Shown here piece after piece: positions 38,167 to 52,194 of a stretch of DNA of 64,000 nucleotides. Source of the DNA: Octopus vulgaris (Eukaryota). A program made the position numbers and the translations under genes. Below the pieces are notes generated by a model that searched no databases, was not told the DNA's origin, and saw only the letters and a program-made list of their open reading frames with translations. The DNA lies in the NCBI GenBank assembly GCA_951406725.2, contig OX597816.1, positions 81,282,001-81,346,000 on the forward strand, written 5' to 3'. Every line of letters begins with the position of its first letter. Position 1 is the first letter of the stretch.

Positions 38167-38737
38167 TGGAGGTAAGACAATTTTTTTCAAGTTTGTTGCA
38201 CACACGCATTTTTGCTAGTACATACGCAGTGAAGCCATACATTAGCGTCGTATTTATTACGTTCGCTATTTTCCAGTAAATATCGGTACTTCGTTGTACC
38301 ATTTATTTGTTTTTATGTATAATTTTCCCTCACAGGCTATTCTTTACTGGAAAGCAATACTTTCGTATTGCATTACTATTTTTATTGAAACTTCTTCACT
38401 GTTCTCGTTCTGTCAACGTCTTGGCGTTCAGTCGAGTGTATTGGCATGGATGTGGCAACATTTGAAATGTTGTCGAGGTATATGTTGGCTGATGAAGATA
38501 AATCAAGTATATGTGTGCAGACATATCTTGAAAAATCTGAAACCGGTACCACATTATCCCTTTCTAGGTATTTCATCTTTCAGATGTTCTCCCTGGAGGT
38601 AAGACAATTTTTTTTCAAGTTTGTTGCACACACGCATTTTTGCTAGTACATACGCAGTGAAGCTATACATTAGCGTCGTATTTATTACGTTCGCTATTTT
38701 CCAGTAAATATCGGTACTTCGTTGTACCATTTATTTG
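38167..38737 (+). mobile_element. Partial tandem (427-bp period) hammerhead-containing element, retrozyme or pLTR-like
   Basis: Near-identical direct repeats of about 143 bp at 38167-38309 and 38594-38737, with a hammerhead between them. It ends at (TA)n. Confidence 0.8.
38482..38554 (+). ncRNA. Canonical-core Type I hammerhead motif
   Basis: ATGT(T)GG CTGATGA AGAT..TCAAGTATATGT-gtgcag-ACATATCTTGA..ATCT GAAA CCGG TA CCACAT. Palindrome ACCGGT, GUA site after 38548. Confidence 0.85.
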
Positions 38738-38738
38738 C

Positions 38739-38791
<53 letters not shown>

Positions 38792-38806
38792 GGGAAGGCC
38801 GGTTTA

Positions 38807-38869
38807 TGGGATTGCCTTAGGTTTCCTGTCCATAAAGGGTTTAGCTTTATGGCGTATCGTCAGATCCCA
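38807..38869 (-). ncRNA. Hammerhead motif with U16.1-to-C lesion
   Basis: UGGGAU CUGACGA ..CCAUAAAG-7nt-CUUUAUGG.. GAAA CCUAAGG CA AUCCCA. 6-bp stem I, adjacent to (TA)n. Confidence 0.6.
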
Positions 38870-39019
38870 AAACCTGTTGGATTTGGGATCTATGCGAGTA
38901 GTTTGTATATAAATCGAGTAAGAACGAGTAAAGGAACAAACCAGTGGCTTTATACAACTACTACAAATAATAACATTGTCCGATGTGGGCATAAATCCAA
39001 TAATTTAGAGGGAATAGTT

Positions 39020-39461
39020 TAATCGATATCATAGACTCCAGTACATGGCTGACACTTTATTTGTTTCACCCCAGAATGGAAGAAAGACAAAGTGGACCGC
39101 AGTGGGATTTGAACTCAGAGCGTAAAGAGATGGAAGAAATACTACAAAGCATTATTTTCGACGCTCTAACGATTCCGCCAATTCACCACCTCATATCTAC
39201 CAAAAGTAATAACTGCCTTCGAAAGGTGAGAAAATATTTTTTTACAATGCTTTATATAATATGAAAATGAAACTTTTAGTCCCACAGCCACTAAAGAGAT
39301 GAACAGTCACCGAAGCAGGTAGATTCCCTGCAAGGTAAACAAAATGCAGTATATGTTCCATATATTCTTCATGCAGTATATTCGAGGTCCATTCTTATCA
39401 TTGTATTTAATTCACACAGACATAAAGCCATATCCCTTTCTACTTTTAGGCACAAGGGCTG

Positions 39462-39492
<31 letters not shown>

Positions 39493-39645
39493 GATGGGTG
39501 GGAGTAAGTCGATTACATCGACCCCAGTATTTCACCTGTACTTAATTTATCGACCCCGAAAAGATGAAAAGCAAAGTCGACCCCAGTGGCATTTGAACTC
39601 AGAACGCGAAGACAGACGAAACACCGCTAAGCATTTCGCACGACC
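39020..39645 (-). mobile_element. Two diverged Meta-domain SINE copies (about 39020-39190 and 39435-39645)
   Basis: TCGACCCCGAAAAGATGAAAAGCAAAGTCGAC...TTGAACTCAGAACG. Confidence 0.7.
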
Positions 39646-40345
39646 GACCACCAGCTTAGTTATTGTGCACTTACAAAATTTAAATATCTCGTTTTGATGA
39701 ACTAACATTGTACTACATAGCTTCATGTGCATTTATAATCTCTCTCTCACACGCGCGCGCGCACACACACACACACACGTTCAGGACCGAGTGTGTCATA
39801 CAAGACTCATCTCTTTTCGCTCACCACTACTCTTCGACCTGTTACTTCGTCCTCTACCTGCCACCTAAACCCATTCGCTACAAACACTTTTTGTCGCCTC
39901 GGCACTCCTACAATGACTTGTCACCTTTATTGAATCTAACCTCAGGCACTGTTACTTCACTTTTCACAATCTTTCTTCCCATAACTGCCTCTATGGCACG
40001 CCTTTCCTGTCTATATTTTCAACCAAACAACTGACTTACAAAACTTCAAAAGTTTAAATTGAACATCAATCGCATTGATCCTAGCAAACTATCCCTCCTA
40101 CTGCTCTTTCTATAATGACCTGAAAGAGTTACAGACGAACTCATAAAATAAAATACATTTGTGTAACTCTCCATTTCTGTGTTCGCAAGATACTTGATTA
40201 GTAATGTCTTGTAAATTGTGACAGATAATGAAAAGATAATTATTGGTACCATAACCAATGAAAGTTATCCGAGGCATAGTTATTGCTAGTTGAAATTGTT
40301 AAAATTGTGGTATATTAAAATTGTTGTTGCTGTTATTGTTATTGT

Positions 40346-40384
<39 letters not shown>

Positions 40385-40543
40385 CAGTAGTTGCTATTTT
40401 AACGGTGTCGTTTTACTCTTCATTATCGCTAGCCTTCATCATCATTACAGTAACTAACAAATAGAAGAAAGTCTTGGTGAGATAAAATGATTGATTGCGG
40501 AATATAAAAAAAAAAAATCGAAAACAATACTGTTTGAAAACAA

Positions 40544-40601
<58 letters not shown>

Positions 40602-40933
40602 GCACACACACACATTCACACACAGGGTGAAAACAGTACACAAAGCCAAACAGATAATGGAAACGCAACGATCTTGTTTCTACAGCCATTTTGTGACAGA
40701 GTTCTTTGAAACAGAGGGGAAAAAACAACGGAGGTATGACTAAAAAAATACTAATTATCTCAAAACATTCATTTCTGGTGTTTTATAATGGATGAAAGAA
40801 ATGAGTCGTTATGCAATGATTAGAAATGTGCTTTGGGGCGCCTCGATTTCAGCTGATCAAATTGTCGACAACACTGATTGTGATTGTTCCAAGAAAAATA
40901 AATGCAAACATGCCAACATACATATTTCAGCGA

Positions 40934-40990
<57 letters not shown>

Positions 40991-42224
40991 CGTGAGCATG
41001 TCTCTGTGTATGTGTATGTATATAAGCGTGTGTGTATATATGTGCGCATGTGCGTGTGCGTATTGATATATTTGCATTTATGTATACACATACACACATA
41101 CACACATATATTTGTATATATTTATGCATGCTGTGCATGTGTGTATATAAGTGTGTGTACGCGTTGATATATACAAGTATATAAGTGTGTGTGAGGCTGA
41201 TATAATTATATATACATATATATATATATCATCTGCAGTATGTGTGTGCATACGTGTGTGTGCGTGTGTATGTATGTATGTGTATGTGTGTATGTGTGTG
41301 TGTTCGTATCTGTATACAGAGGAAGATAGAAGTAGATGGGCAGATAGATTATTTATTTATTTATTCATTTATTTATTTATTTATGCAACAGCAGGATCAA
41401 ACAATGGAATGTTTATTTAATAGTTCCTCTGATTTGGGTTTTGTTTTGTAATTTACTTACCAAGATATCATCTTTCGCCCCTCTCCACATTCAATCTTCG
41501 TTATTTGGACAGTCCTTTTACTGAGAAGTGTTGTTGTTTTTGCTGTTGTTGTTGTTGTTGCTGTTGTTATTGTTGTTGCTGCTGTTGATGTTGATGTTGT
41601 TGTTGTTATTGTTGTTGTTGTTGTTGTTGTTCAGCTATATGTCAGCTCCAGTTGAACAGAGCTATAGTCAAACATTTTCCGACCTTGACCATTCTGTCGA
41701 AATTTTAGGAATACCCTATCTAGAACTAATCATCGAATATGCCCTTCATTTTGGCTTATTAAGATGGTTCTGTATAATTTGAGTGACATTTGGTTGCTAT
41801 TTCAAGCAATTCAAATGGTTGGCTAGAGGCTCCCTCACTGGATTCTTCATTTTCCAGTTGTTGAAGTAACTGCTGTTGTTATTCATCCCCAAGTTGAACC
41901 TGATTTAGCGAAATCAAAGCCTTTCTAGCCGTGACCAACCTATTTTGTTTTTGGAACTTAATAAATATGTACATCATTTTTAACATGGTACGATATCGGT
42001 TGAATAATATTTAGCAGCAACCATGTGGAGATCCCTTCTTTTTGCTAAGACTCTCGTTGGTTCCTTCATTTTGCAGTTGCCAACTAGGCTGTCAGATTTT
42101 GTTAAAATTTATGGATTCATAAGGTCACACACAAGAGATGTAATCAAAAATAGAACTGAAATCACATATAATGCATGTATACGTAAGTTTGTATGCATGC
42201 AGATCTCTGTGTATATATGTGTGT

Positions 42225-42276
42225 ATGTGTAAGTTTGTACGAACATATGTGTATGTGTGCATGTATGTATGTACGA

Positions 42277-42307
<31 letters not shown>

Positions 42308-42325
42308 TGTATGTATGTATGTATG

Positions 42326-42356
<31 letters not shown>

Positions 42357-42605
42357 GCTTTCCTGGTTTTATCTTCCGAGTTTATCACCAATGGAAATAG
42401 AACCGGTTTCTAGACTAAAAATAAAACTCTTTCATTGGAATTATAGTCATCAATAAGGCAACCTTGTATGCATGTATGTATGTATGTATGTATGTATGTA
42501 TGTATGTATGTATGTATGTATGTATGAATGTATGTATGTATGTATGTATGTATGTATGTATGTATGTATGTATGTATGTATGTATGTGTGTACGTATGTA
42601 TGTAT
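42225..42605. repeat. Two (TATG)n arrays
   Basis: Direct reading. Confidence 0.95.
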
Positions 42606-42705
42606 CTGTTCTTTTTGTTTTCAATTATTTCAAGTTTTTCTGTAAGGAAGGAACTGTTTTCTAACAAAGATACAAAGCTCCATCGTTGGAATGGCAAAAA
42701 CGATA

Positions 42706-42990
42706 TCACATTTTGAACTTCAGAAATGCCATGCATAATTTTAATGTTCTGCTTACAGATCGTATCAGCAATGTGCGTGGTAGCTGGTTGATTTCTTTTT
42801 TTGAAAATCCTTGATTTTCCAGATTGTCACTCAGGTATTTACTCACTACATCAGGTAGCATTTATACTAATGTAAATTTATAATCTGGATATAGAATCTG
42901 AAGGTTTCGAAGCAGTTGTCCATAATTTTTCTCTATCTTTGTGATTTTCGAAGAGATAACCATATTGGCTGACCTCAAAGACATTACATC
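42706..42990 (-). mobile_element. 3' end of the same R4-type LINE family as 14085-15075
   Basis: NYGQLLRNLQILYPDYKF matches YGQLLRNPQLLYPEYEF at about 14917-14966. It ends FLKFKM*. Confidence 0.8.
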
Positions 42991-43687
42991 TATTCCAAAC
43001 ATATGTATGCATGCATGTATGTATGTATGTAGGTAGGTAGGTAGATATGTAGGTAGGTAGGTAGGTAGGTAGGTAGGTAGGTAGGTAGGTAGGTAGGTAG
43101 GTAGGTATGTAGGCAGGCAGGCAGGCATTATATCGGACACGGACATCGCTGATTGGTTAAGAAGTTCAGTTCGCGATTATGATGTGACAAGCTTGATTCC
43201 ATTTTGGGTATCTTTTACCGTAATCTCTGGCCATTTCTTGTTTTATGAATAAAATTGGATCAGCGGAAATAGTATACAATAGTGTCGGATCAATTGTACG
43301 AGTTATTCAAAAGGCCAGCTTTGTCATACATTCTGTCGGGTGTATTCTGCTTGTGGATTATTATAAGACATTTTCAACCGCAGTGCCACATATGTGCCAC
43401 ATATATCTGCAGGTATACCGCGCGTTATTGAGTCGAGCCAGGAAATGCTAGAATATTTAGAAAACTTGAGTGCAAAGTTAATTTATAATTTACTGTTTTC
43501 CTGTTCGGATCTGTTGAGCATGTTTTCGTCAGTGAGTTAATTGCTTATGAATTATTTATTACTAAAACAATTTCGTGTGTCTGTCACGCTGTGAACTTGG
43601 CCATCAAAAAATAACTTGAACTCAATTCACACCTAACGTCATTTTGCAATGAAGCGTGTATGTATATGTGTTTATATGTATGTGTGT

Positions 43688-43719
<32 letters not shown>

Positions 43720-43786
43720 TAAATAAAATGAGACAACAAAGCCAAGGCAGTGTGAAATTTCTAGGATATTTATAAAGAGAAAGGTA

Positions 43787-43834
43787 GTCTTACAGCTGTT
43801 TCAGGGATATGAGGGCTATCCCTTCATCAGATAT
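43787..43834 (-). ncRNA. Hammerhead motif (stem I decayed)
   Basis: CUGAUGA AGGGAUA-gcccuca-UAUCCCU GAAA CAGCUG UA. 7-bp stem II, palindrome ACAGCUGU. Confidence 0.7.
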
Positions 43835-44202
43835 GATATGAGAGAGTTAAATAGAGGGAAATAGTAGAGTTCAATATAAAGAGTTATTTTGGAAAGGGAG
43901 CGATATAGGAAGTATATCACTCATACTATTTTCGAACCGGGAGTCTAACTATGGTCCTTGTGTAGCACTTACATAGCCTTACCTGCCTTGTTGGGTTTTC
44001 TGGATACCAAAACCTCTCATATATATATATTTGTTTTATTTTATTTTATTTTATTTTATCTAGTTTCAGCTCACGAACTGTGGCCATGCTGGGGCACCGC
44101 CATTTGGTGTTGCTACATGATTTTACTTCACGAATGCTTTTTAGCAATTGCCATTTGGTGCATGGGAGAGTTCGATGCATATATATATATATACATATAT
44201 AT

Positions 44203-44778
44203 TACGGAGATGTATTCGCATAGCAAGTGATTTGATCTGAGATCGTGTGCTGAAACGAAAACAATTGCAGCGTGGAAGGTGTTTGTAAGCCATTTAAGAA
44301 ACACACAAAAGCCGTTCGATTCACTTCAACATTCATGTTTAATTTGTCAAAATATTTTCGTCGCTAAAATCCGCGACCTGTTCACTGACAAAAATCCGTG
44401 CTGCATCTGAGAAAGTAACAGTTAGTTCGTCATATATATGTACTATGTATGTGTGTATGTATGCATACACGCATGTATGCATGTATGTATGTATGTATGT
44501 ATGTATGTATGTATGTATGTATGTATGTATGTACGTACATACGCCTGTGTATGCATGTATGTATGTATGTATATATGTATGTGTATATGCACGCACATAC
44601 ACACTATAAACATAAAGCTATAAACTTGTAGTGATGGATAGATGTAGACTGACCGCTCATCACAATAATATCAAATTTCAACCTCCCCCGCCAAAACTAG
44701 GAAGTGATTTACGACCCTCACCCCCAAAAACGGCTTTGGTGTGTTTCTTAAATGGCTTACAAACACCTTCCACGCTGC

Positions 44779-44782
<4 letters not shown>
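44203..44782 (-). mobile_element. Hammerhead-bearing TA-flanked element with a partial inverted copy
   Basis: 44263-44316 and 44729-44782 are 54-bp inverted repeats with 1 mismatch. Confidence 0.7.
44343..44392 (-). ncRNA. Hammerhead motif with G3-C8 covariant core
   Basis: UUUGUCA GUGAACA G GUCGC-8nt-GCGAC GAAA AUAU UU UGACAAA. 7-bp stem I, 5-bp stem II, palindrome AAUAUU. Confidence 0.75.
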
Positions 44783-44839
<57 letters not shown>

Positions 44840-44853
44840 AGTATGTATGTATG

Positions 44854-44892
<39 letters not shown>

Positions 44893-44918
44893 TACATATA
44901 CATACATATATATATATA

Positions 44919-45131
44919 CAGCGTGAGCCAAAAGTAGGTTTACAGTTATCACGTAGGCACTTAAATTTCTTTTAAAATATTTTATTACATTTGAATTTCT
45001 ATCTTACAATTAACTAAATTAGCGTCGAACAATGGTTTCAAATATTTTTATAATTAAGATCTAAACTGTTGATATATGAATGCGAAAGAGATAGTTGAAT
45101 AACTGTAAACCTACTTTTGGGCCACCCTCTG
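44919..45131. mobile_element. Tc1/mariner-type MITE (copy 1 of 2)
   Basis: TIR CCAAAAGTAGGTTTACAGTT / AACTGTAAACCTACTTTTGG. Second copy at 58352-58578. Confidence 0.85.
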
Positions 45132-45158
45132 TGTGTGTGTGTGTATGTGTGTGTGTGT

Positions 45159-45209
<51 letters not shown>

Positions 45210-45215
45210 TGTGTA

Positions 45216-45375
45216 CGAGGGACTGCTGAAAGTTCCTGCCTTTAAGGGTCTCTATAAAGCTTAGAAAAAATTTGAAGGACTGTTGCAATAAGTGTGTGAA
45301 TCTGAGAGGGAAATACGATTAATAAAATCAATTGTATTTTCTTTTACCCAAAACCAGGAACCTTTCGACACCTCA
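45216..45375 (+). mobile_element. Mariner-derived MITE (copy 2, internally deleted)
   Basis: Homologous to 23315-23518, with TA flanks. Confidence 0.8.
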
Positions 45376-46570
45376 TATATGTTTATATGTGCATGCATGT
45401 TTATGTATGAGTATGAGTATGACTGGGTTCCTAAAATCAATTGATTTACTAAGATACTCCCCCTTCTAGAATGATACTTTCATTTTACTATTACTTTACA
45501 CTGGGTTACATTTTCACGTCATATAAATTGCTACAAATATTTTCATTTATTAAAAATTTGTGTTAGGTCCATATACGTTATAATATATTCTATCATTTAT
45601 GCACGTCACATTTTTTCTCTGAAGATAATATACTTTTGGTGAAACAAACTGTCTTTTTATTATTGTATCCATATCCATGATACGATAGATAGGTAAGCAA
45701 TATAAATTTTAACCAACTTTACATGTTAACTGATATAACTACCATTATTTAATACTGCATTGTTTATTCAGACGACTTTTGTTTTTCGCATCATAAGATC
45801 AACAATCACAAATGTTCCCAATAACATTATCAAAGTAAAATTTTTTCTTCTCTTCTTACTTTTTCAAAAATATTATAATCCGCTTTTTACTTAATCTAAA
45901 TAAAATAAACATGAATATTCGGATACTACATTGTTTTCTATTTACAGTATTTAATATATTGTAAATGATGAATTTTTTATAGATCAGGACACGTTAATAA
46001 ATTAATTATTAGAATTTTAGTTATTGCATTTCTAATCCAGAGATGGAAAAGCACTCTGTGCTCTACACAGACACGAGTAGTGCCATAAAATCTCTGCACT
46101 TTTACTGTCTCATCTATGCAGTTTATGTGCACAATTTGTGTGTGCAATAAAGATTTACACCAGTGCAAGCTGCTCGTTATTTTTTAATGCACCACACAGG
46201 TTCGTGTGTACTTTTTGCAGCAAGTGCAATGTCTGTGTCCATTTCTGTTTTAATACAATTTTAATGCTTGTTTATTAGGTATTAAAATTTTATAAAAGCT
46301 GATGGTGCCTTTTAATACTTTTCGTACATTATTCGGTGTACTGGGGATCGAAAAAGGCTCAATATGTATCATGGGTACAACTATTTGTAAAACACTCGGC
46401 TAGTTACGCTTTAAATGCATGGGAAAGCAGATGATTTGATTGAAAAGGTAGAATATTCATCACAGAAATCGACAAAGTTTCATTTACTTTTTTATTTTAT
46501 ATATGCTTACACGTGTTTTTACACTGTTATATATTATGCATAACACACACACACACGCACACATACACAC

Positions 46571-47135
<565 letters not shown>

Positions 47136-47700
47136 TTGAAGGTGACAGCGATGATTTGAAAATGTAGGCAGGGCGGTGGAAAAAAGGATCAATAAATCTA
47201 GAAGAAAGGTTAAATGAATAAAACAAAAAGAAAGAAGCTAAGAAATGTGGAATATAAAATGACTCTGGTAGTAAAGATGCTAATGAGGTGATTGTTAATG
47301 AAGTAGGAAGATAAAAACATGGTGGTGCAAGAGCAGAGGGTAATAACAATAACGAGATAATGACTCCAGTAGCACAACTGGAGGGGTCACAAAGTACAGA
47401 AGCATTAAATTTAAATACAGGTTGGGAACCGCTACGCAGTTTTTTCTATCTGCTAGAAAAACACCTGAAATTTCGTAAAATCACATTCTGATGTCATTCT
47501 AAAACATGTAGATAGATTTTTTAAACACTCCCTTGAATAATAGATACGATGGTCATAAATGATCGCTGGCTTGGGGCTAAACAACAGCAACTTGTATCTA
47601 TAGGGCAAGTCATAGTTATCTACACCTTTTGTTTTTTTCAGTGTTACGTGAATGAAAGTTATGTTTCGCTTAAGATGTTGTTCTGTTGAAGGTTGTATAC

Positions 47701-48102
47701 TCTCTCGTTTACTTGTTTCAGTCATTTGACTGAGGCCATGCTGGAGCACTGCCTTTAGTCGAGCAAATCGACCCCACGACTTATTCTTTGTAAGCCTAGT
47801 ACTTATTCTATCGGTCTCTTTTTGCTGAACCGCTAAGTTACGGGGACGTAAACACACCACCATCGGTTGTCAAACGATGTTGGGGGACAAACACAGGCTC
47901 ACAAACATATACATTCTAAGACATATATATACATATATACGACGGGCTTCTTTTAGTTTCCGTCTACCAAATCTACTCACAAGGCTTTGGTCGGTCCGAG
48001 GCTATAGCAGAAGACACCTGTCCAAGGTGTCACGCAGTGGGAATAAACCCGGAACCATGTGGTTAGTAAGCAAGCTACTTACCACACAGCCACTCCTGCG
48101 CC
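47701..48102 (-). mobile_element. SINE family A
   Basis: Reverse complement of 13662-14056. Confidence 0.9.
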
Positions 48103-48319
48103 TTCATTCCCATCTTCCAAAAAATAACTAAAGCAACAGTAAAACTCTATGAATTTTGTTCATCTTGCTAGAAAAATCACCCTCATCATACCCAGGCGTT
48201 AAATACACTGTTTCAGTAAAAGTATGGTCACCGTTGGAACGCTGTTAATCATAAATCCTCATCATCGGAACTTTGTTGGGACTAAACAAAAGTAGCAACT
48301 ACAACAAATGAGTTCTGCA

Positions 48320-48625
48320 TGTATTTATTATTTTGGTTTGTCTCGGGTTCGGTCTTTAGATAGCAGGTTACTACCTGTAACCTTAGGTATCTACAAGTTT
48401 TCAGCAGTTTTCAAGAGCTTAGAACCCTCCGGGTAATCTTTGCTGTCCCTAAGAGACGCACTTTCTGTAGAAGCTCCATCAGGCATTCTATTTCAATCTC
48501 TCTCAGCTATTTTTCTATATCTTGGATTAGTGTTCCCAGCGCTCCACATATTATAGGCACGACTTTTACTGTTCGAATACTCCAGATTCTTCCTATTTCA
48601 AATTCCAGGGAATGTATTTTTTTCT
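48320..48625 (-). mobile_element. R4/Dong-type LINE C-terminus and 3' UTR (different subfamily)
   Basis: SLEFEIGRIWSIRTVKVVPIICGALGTL...LLQKVRLLGTAKITRRVLSS*. Confidence 0.8.
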
Positions 48626-48859
48626 TGGTAATGCGTGCTTGTGTTTCTACATCCTGATTTCTTATTAGGTGCAGATTGGCTTTGCCTTCCGTCCTTCTAA
48701 AATAAAATTAGGTGCAACAAAGGTACTTCCTTATCTAAACAATCATATACTTACTTCCTACATATCTGATCTTGTTATATTAGATATATTAATTAGTAAA
48801 GTCCAGGAGACAGTTTTATGGCCCTTGTAGGCCATTCTAGACAATTGAGATTGATGCAC

Positions 48860-49070
48860 TTAATGCTCTGCTTGACCTTCTAAAGGGCCTTTTTAGTTTT
48901 TATTTTATTTATAAGTTTTTCAATGGAGAGTGGAGTAGTGTGAAAAGCCTCTTAAATGTATTGGTATACTTCCAACAAATTAACAGGTATTGGATGGCTT
49001 TCCTAACTACACTGAGGATTTAGAAAAATGGGTGGGAATCATCCAGTTTTCATGTTGGTATAATATTTAT
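48860..49070 (-). mobile_element. Possible Penelope-like post-RT remnant
   Basis: PPIFL/PFSKS-like and HSPLKKLINKNKTK (cf. WFNPPFS...HPL.KIFN.NT.K). Very decayed. Confidence 0.35.
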
Positions 49071-50083
49071 TAGATTGGTGGACAGGATTAGTGTTCTGGT
49101 ACATGGTTACACAACCCACAACTTACAGGGTGCAGTCATTGGAAGTAGGACTTTTGAACAAGCACTCGATTAGTACTAACTTTTGCGTATAGCCTGAATG
49201 ATTTAATTAACGGTTCCCTGACAGATTATCATAAATATTTAATACAGCTATATAAAAAAAAACAGTTAGATTTAGTAAGAAGCAATGAATAGAAAATATC
49301 GAGTTTAAAATGGATCTATCTAGTAGACTATAAAAGGTTTATAAGAAAGTCAATGAAGCAGGTGTTCTATAAGCGCGAAGAAACATCAACTGATATATGC
49401 GAGATTCGAGGAAATGAGAAAAACTAGTCAGCATAATCGTTCAGTATCCACAGATTGCTTCAATGTGAAATATTGCTGAACTTCGCATACAGAACAGGTT
49501 TTATTGTGATACAAATATATCCTTTTTCTTTTTTATTTTACTAAATGGTGGCAATGGTAAAATAGATAATAACATGTCTTCTACTCTTCAACCAATGTCT
49601 CATTAATTGAGACAAGGGAGAAGAAAAGAAATATTGCCCTCCAGTAAAGTTCAGATAGGTAAGCAGGGTGAATTTGGTGTCGATGAATCTATGCAAAAAA
49701 TGACATTTCAGCTTTGCTTATGGATTGTGTTGAAATATCAAATAACGTAAGAAATCTTATAGTAGTACCTTCGTGGTCAGGTGGTATAAGCCATTATGTT
49801 AAAGTTTTACTGGAGTTTCCAGTTCTTTACGAAACCTGTAATTCTGTCTCAAATTCTGTCTCCTCATACAGAAAGAAATATTACTGCAGCGTGAATATTA
49901 TATGCAAATATATATATTTATAGGTAAATACACATGACACATTTGTAGATGTGTGAGTGTCAATTCGACGGCCCGATACCTCACTGTATTACATCTTATT
50001 AACCACGTATGGACGAAAGTCGAACTCAGAAGGAGTTAAACTGAAGGAGAAAATGACACACACACATATACAGAGAGACACAC

Positions 50084-50135
<52 letters not shown>

Positions 50136-52015
50136 GTACCCCACTAGATTTACACCATAACTAGCTTTTAGAAAAGTATTTTTTCACCAAACGTACTCAA
50201 CAAATATTCATAAAACTATTAATTATTCAGGGCTGCGACCCAAAATATAGAGTGAAAGAATATATTTATGTGTATATGTTGTGTATACACAGGTGATTGT
50301 ATGTGAACAATTTTTTTTATGTATTTTGTCACTTGTACTTTGTTTCTATATGCAAACACTAATGGATTTGCCTTTACCAATTCACTTGAATCATTTTTTC
50401 TTACCTCTGTAGAAAATGAATCTTTTATTGTTTTTTTTTTCTCTCAGTTCATCTGCTACCAAGTTCGTCTTTCTTCCGTGTGAAGTCAATAAAATATAAT
50501 ATAGTGAGGTTTCGGGTCGATTGTATCGACTACACTAATTCACCTACACACCCATGAAACACCCGAGTTAGGAAAATCATTACTATTATTGTCTTTTACT
50601 TTTTATTCTTATAGTTCTTTTCCCCTTCCTTTAGTTCATCTTTTTCTTCTGTTTTTTTGTTCTCTTCTCTTTCTTCTTTCTCCTTATTTTCAACGCTTTT
50701 TTCGCCTCTATTCAAGCTTACCTTCGTTTTCTGTTTTTTTCGCTTGTCATTTCTTCTTTCACAAACGTACATTGAAACTCAGATTGTATATATTACTTGC
50801 CACCGACTTTATACTGTCTTCACAACTAAAAAGACATAACTCTGTCCATTTAGTTATAAATAGGCACTACAGACTCGGTACTGCTTTCTGATTCCTATAC
50901 TTGTTGCCAAATCCAGAACCGCATGAAACTGCTGTTTGTTGTTTGGTGAGAGTTCAAAATCTGAAACTAAGCAGCCTTCTATGTGAGAAAGACAGTTTCA
51001 TTTTATTTTAGAAAGAATTTGTGTGTTTATTTTTTACGTTTTCTCAAGTAAATTTCTCCAGATTTTTTTTCTTCCTTCGATTTTCGAGCTTAACGGTGGT
51101 TAATACCTTCAGCGGAGAGTAGAATTCGATGATATTATTTATTAATGATTTATGTATTATTCATTTATTTATGATTTCATAAAGCAATCGATGCTTAGGA
51201 ATCGATATCTTGTAAATACATGTGAAAACACTTACGTGTAATCAGTTTCGCTGTATTTCAACGTATCTTGGCAGGTGGAAGGACATGATAACAGATAAAA
51301 ATCAACAAGTAACCGCATTCATAATGCACACCGATGATCGTTATATTGTATCAGCAAATTTCATCTCATTTCATACTATAGTTATATTCTTAGAATTTTT
51401 ATATTGGACGAACAGCAGTTCAGAAAAATCTCTAGTTTATATATATTATATATATATATTGTTCTTTAACGTAGCGAAAACACTCCAGAATTTAAGCGTT
51501 AGGATCTGTTTATCCTGAGTTCATATCCACCGATACTCATAAGCCAAAACATGAGTATTGGTGGATATGTTTAATGGCGGAAATACGACATAAGCGTTCA
51601 CACAGCACTCTGCCACTGTCGGTTCAATAATTCAGTCGTTTATGTGAACCAATACAGTGATTTGCTTTCAAAACTAACATATTGATTTTACTGTAGGCCA
51701 CGCACAAGGCTTAGATTATTTACTTAGTTATTTGAAATTAGCACCAAGTAACCAACTTTGCCCGATTTCATAAAAGAAACCTAAACAAATTAGTCATTAT
51801 TTTTTTTATATATTCTTTTTTTTCACTTCGAATTCGATTTTTGGTATTATTATGGAAAGAACCGTGTTTTGTCTGCGGGTATATTTAAGATGAATCTGTT
51901 CTATGAAAAATCTTATGCAGTTAAGAAAGAAGTTAAAAAGAAATGAAGAATGCAGAACATCCATACACATACTATACACACACACACACACATGCATACA
52001 TGTGTATACATATAT

Positions 52016-52066
<51 letters not shown>

Positions 52067-52150
52067 TATATGTAATGTGCATCTGTGTGAGTGTGTGTGC
52101 GCGCGCACGTTTATGTGCGTGTGGGTGCGTGTATGTATGTGTGTGTGTGC

Positions 52151-52194
<44 letters not shown>

